Shown piece after piece: positions 32,224 through 36,164 of a stretch of DNA of 36,164 nucleotides. A program made the position numbers and the translations under genes. Source of the stretch: Paraspadella gotoi (taxonomy: Eukaryota > Animalia > Chaetognatha); NCBI GenBank assembly GCA_051294375.1, contig JBJCIZ010001037.1:1-36164 (forward strand), in the 5' to 3' direction. Position 1 is the stretch's first letter. Each line of letters begins with the position of its first letter. A model generated the notes under the pieces. It had not been told where the DNA came from, searched no databases, and saw only the letters and a list, made by a program, of their open reading frames with translations.

Positions 32224-32564
32224 CAACAGCGATAGTCAAAGAATCGGAGGTCCCTTGGAAAAACATTCTCAGTGAAAGACAAATTTGCACATGTCAAACG
32301 CTTAAAAGCATGCGAAAAACTCTGTAAGAAGGCGGCGAACCGTGGAAACGGTAGGCGAAGAGAAGCAACGCCTCCGCCGCAAACGACGGCGCAAGATAAA
32401 ACAGGCAAACAGGAGCAAGGCAAAGCCAAGACAAGACTTAGAACGTTCGTAGAATTCAGCGGGGCAAAATCAAGGAAAATGGTTTACAACCCTACCTACA
32501 CAATCATTGGAACGAACCAAGGCGAATCCTTGCACCAGGAGACGATCAGAAAGATCGAGCAAAG

Positions 32565-35500
32565 GTGCCACGAGCCCGATACGCTGACGATGCCCGTCAT
32601 GAAAGAAGAATCCAGAAAAGACGAACAAATGCCTCCGCAGTTACCCAATTCGCCGCTAGAGGCGCCTCGTCAACAGGAAAACAAATGGTCCGAAACCAAG
32701 AGACGACACGGGAAAAGGCTTCAGACACGCGGGAAACAGCTACATACCAGCGGTTAATAAATGGAGCGCCAGCCAGCTGCTTACACGACACGGGCGCCTC
32801 CATAAACACAATACCGAGAAAATTCGTAGACGAATGGTCGTTAGCGAGCAAAATATATAGCGGAAACCCGCTAAGGGTAACGACAGGAAATGGACCAATC
32901 ACCATAAGAGAAAGACTGAACCTGAGAGTGATGTTCCAGAACTGGATCCTCGACACGGTATTCTTCGTCTCGCCCGATGCAGAAGACAGAGACGTAATAC
33001 TGGGCACCAGCGACGACCGACCCCGGGCCCAGCAACGAGATGTGGGTAATAACCCAAACGACAAAGACGGAACCCAGGTCGCCCATATGAACGGCAAACC
33101 AGTCACCCACCTTTTCAAAGGCAAGCAAAACGCCCTGAGGGCCGCCAGGTGGATGGCCAGGCAGTACGTGGACGACAAACAGAATTCCATTGTACGCAGA
33201 AGCAAATGGCACCGGAAACGCCAAGGTCAGAGCAGCCCGCACATATTGGAAATCTCTAGCCGATTCGAAATGGCTGATGGAATCGACAGATGGGAAGACA
33301 GCAGTAACGATAACGGGAACGACCTGAGAGAAGGAGTAGATCTCCCCGGAAAGCCTGGCACATGGGATCAGCCAGGATAATAATCGCAGAAAATGCAGCC
33401 AAAGAGCTGGGATTAAAACCACACTGCGCAGGTAGACCCGTGGACGCCGACTTTACAGGAGAGGAACCCAGACTGCGAAAAACGTGCGAGACAGACATCC
33501 CGCGACAACGATTATAAGGCACACCCCGTCAAAAGAAGAAATCGAACAAGCAGACAAGGCCAGAAGTAGAAAGAAGACAAAAACATGACGACAGAGGCCG
33601 AGAAGCATTTCTGAAACCGTTCAAAGAGATAGACCCATCCCTCAGCGAGAAAGCAGACGAGGTACTAGACGTAGTCTGGGAATACAGAGACGTATTCGGC
33701 GAGTCGATAAACGACTGCAAAGAGGGGTTCCTGAACTATAAAGTCGACCTAGGATTCACAACGAACACTTACCCAAGCCGAGATTCATGAACCAAGGCCC
33801 AGTAAGAAAGCCGCCCTGAAAAGATACCTGGAGGTGTACGAACAAGCAGGGGTCGTCTCCAGAACAACGGCGAAGCCTACTCAAACGCCTTTCTGATAAA
33901 GAAAGCCGAACCACATCAAAGAAGGCCAAGACGAAATGGATGACGAGACGTTCGCCAAACAATGGCGACTTATATGCGACCTCTCGGCGGTGAACAAAAC
34001 ATATCCACCTTCGCCACGAGCCACAAACAATTACGTCCATCCTAGAGCAGTACAACCACACGAGCTTCAATGCTCAGTGGATATCCTTGCTGCTTCCATC
34101 AGGTAAACCTAACAGAAAGATGCAAACCTGTAACCACCTTCGCCGGCGCTGGGCACACTGGAAGATGAACAAACTCCCAATGGGAGGAGTAAACAGCATA
34201 AATGTGCTGCAAGCATACTCGACAAGATCTTCGCAGATCTAGGAAGAGACGTCAAAAGCTTCCTCATCTACGTGGACGACTTAATCCTCACAGCGAAGTC
34301 ACCGGAAGAAATGGCGGACAGGCTAAGAGAATTCCTAGAGATCTGCAGAAAAGAGAACGTGGTCCTCAAGTGGACAAAAGCGTCCTCTTAAGGAAAGACG
34401 ACATCAAGATCCTAGGCTTCAGCATCTCAAAAGACAAACTAAAACCCCAGAGAGAAAAACTAGAACAAGCAGAACTGAGACTGAAGGAGATCAAAACACA
34501 GAAGGAGCTACGCGCGCTACTAGCGTCGCTAAATTACTACAGGTGCTTTACACACCGATTCTCGTACCTAGCACAACCCCTCCACGCACTAACCTTGGTC
34601 GACAGGAAAGACTTCGAATTCAAAAATGAACATAGGAAAGCCTAGAAACGCTAGTAGAAGAATTAAATCGACACCGGGGCTAAATTTCCTAAACGATGCA
34701 AAAAATCAAAAACGGCGAATACAAGATTTACGCCGACGCAAGCACAAGCGCATGGGGGGGCTAATCACCGCAACAGCGAATGGAACTGAATACCCCCTCA
34801 GCTTCCACTCGAAATCCTTCCCGAGGAGTACAGAATAAAACATATCATATCTTAGAAACGCTAGCTTTCAACATGATGGTGAGAAAGTTCAAAGGTTATA
34901 TCTGTGGGAGAAAGGTCAGCCTAGTAACAGATTCACAATACTTCAAAAGAGTAATGGACCAGCAACACGATAAGCAACAGCTACTCCCGACGAATGTACT
35001 ACGCTGGATAACAGAAATACGCCAAGAATGCCACCCATCGGAAATAATCCTAGTAAAAAGTGGCGACAACCCAGCCGACTTCCTGACAAGATTTACAGAT
35101 CAAAATCAAATCACCCCACTCGACACGCCTTTCCTAGCCGCAGGATTGACATCAACGCAGTTACGAACCAGGCTTCACCGAGGAACCCTTATCAGGCGAA
35201 TCATGGCCAGGCCACCTGGAACTCAGAGTAGGCGGAGCCCCAATACTCGGAATTATAGCCAACGCGCTGACCATCGATGAGAAAGTTTTCGAACAAAATT
35301 TTTCGAGTTCATGAAAAATTACTTCACTCGCCAGAGGGCGAACATAAGAAAACTGTACGGCACAACCAAAAACAAAAGACGCTTGCACCTTCATCAGAAC
35401 AATCGCATCGAAGGATTGGTCTCTGGGCCACCCAGAACTAGAAGCACTAGCGGATATGACAGGGATATGCATAAAATATTAGACGAGGACAGCACCGCAC

Positions 35501-36164
35501 AAGCGGGCTGTAAATACGAAAAGGTATACGGCGGAGGAAAGGAAAGAGAAATAAGAATCTTCAGGACAACTACAGGCCAAGCATCGCTGATCAGCGACAC
35601 CGAAAGAAAAATCAGAACGGTCAGACACCTAGTAGACGGACCCCGCACAAACAACGAAATATTAAATATCGGCCTAGAACACAGAATCGAAGAAGAAAGA
35701 GCTTACCGCAGACGAGTGCCTAGAGCCAGATTGGCACCGGCACCAATAATGAGACCATCAGCAATGCTGCCCGCCGACACCATAAGGATTAGCCAAGATC
35801 TCCACACGAGGCCTGCAATCAAAACAGGAGAAGGATACCCGGACCGCCTTGGAAGCACAACCGAGGTAGATAGAGACGAGGCGGCTCCACCAAATTCAGA
35901 GATAACAGAAACAGGCCCCGACGGTGGAAGCAAGAGAGGTCAAGGAGAAACACTCCGGAACCAACCGAGCAAAGGAGGGCGGGACCCCCATCCCAGGACG
36001 AACGGCCGCCAGAGAGGGTAGCGGCCCCACCAAACTCACCAGATGAAAACGAACAGAGCAACTAGCAGATCCCAGGATCAGGCAGAAACAAACGAAGCAG
36101 ATGGAAACCGGAACTCACCGGAGCCCATATTCCAGGAGCCGATACCACGCCCTCAGGACGCGGG
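32565..36164 (+). pseudogene. pol: pol of element 2 with many frameshifts (decay or sequencing error)
   Basis: LHDTGASIN (~32787); WRLICDLSAVNK (~33963); KLPMG (~34171); LIYVDDLI (~34269); ILGF; YADAS (~34729); VTDS; KSGDNPADFLTRF (~35056-35094). Integrase is not reached within the window. Confidence 0.9.

Larger units (their letters stand above)
29862..36164 (+). mobile_element. Second Ty3/gypsy-type LTR retrotransposon (element 2), 5' part, runs off the window
   Basis: TG...CA LTR candidate, PBS, gag-like ORFs, then protease, RT and RNase H motifs in gypsy order. Confidence 0.9.

Noticed and set aside
32221-32235. TAG CAA readthrough signal in element 2
   Set aside because: A second in-frame TAG follows at 32233 and the region is frameshift-ridden, so it cannot be separated from error or decay.

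Overview
Repeat-dominated eukaryotic DNA, probably from an invertebrate animal; no host genes were recognised. 1-6752 is a ~540-bp AT-rich satellite (about 12.5 copies) built from ~45-50-bp subunits. 6753-27564 is a ~20.8-kb Ty3/gypsy-type LTR retrotransposon with ~325-330-bp LTRs. Its gag (two C-X2-C-X5-H-X4-C knuckles) and pol (PR-RT-RH-IN) are uninterrupted, in the same frame, and separated by one TGA. It has three accessory genes: (i) an upstream zinc-finger ORF resembling the second Gag knuckle, which could splice in frame onto gag; (ii) a three-exon antisense gene with phase-consistent GT-AG introns; (iii) a 352-aa env-like type I membrane protein that looks like a chuvirus/gB-type glycoprotein missing its central domains. 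Downstream are a Penelope-like RT fragment, a possible MITE, a DINE-1/HINE-like Helentron derivative, and the 5' part of a second, frameshifted gypsy element that appears to be the same lineage. Both window ends show indel noise typical of low-coverage long-read consensus. All family assignments come from motif recognition by eye, not database searches.
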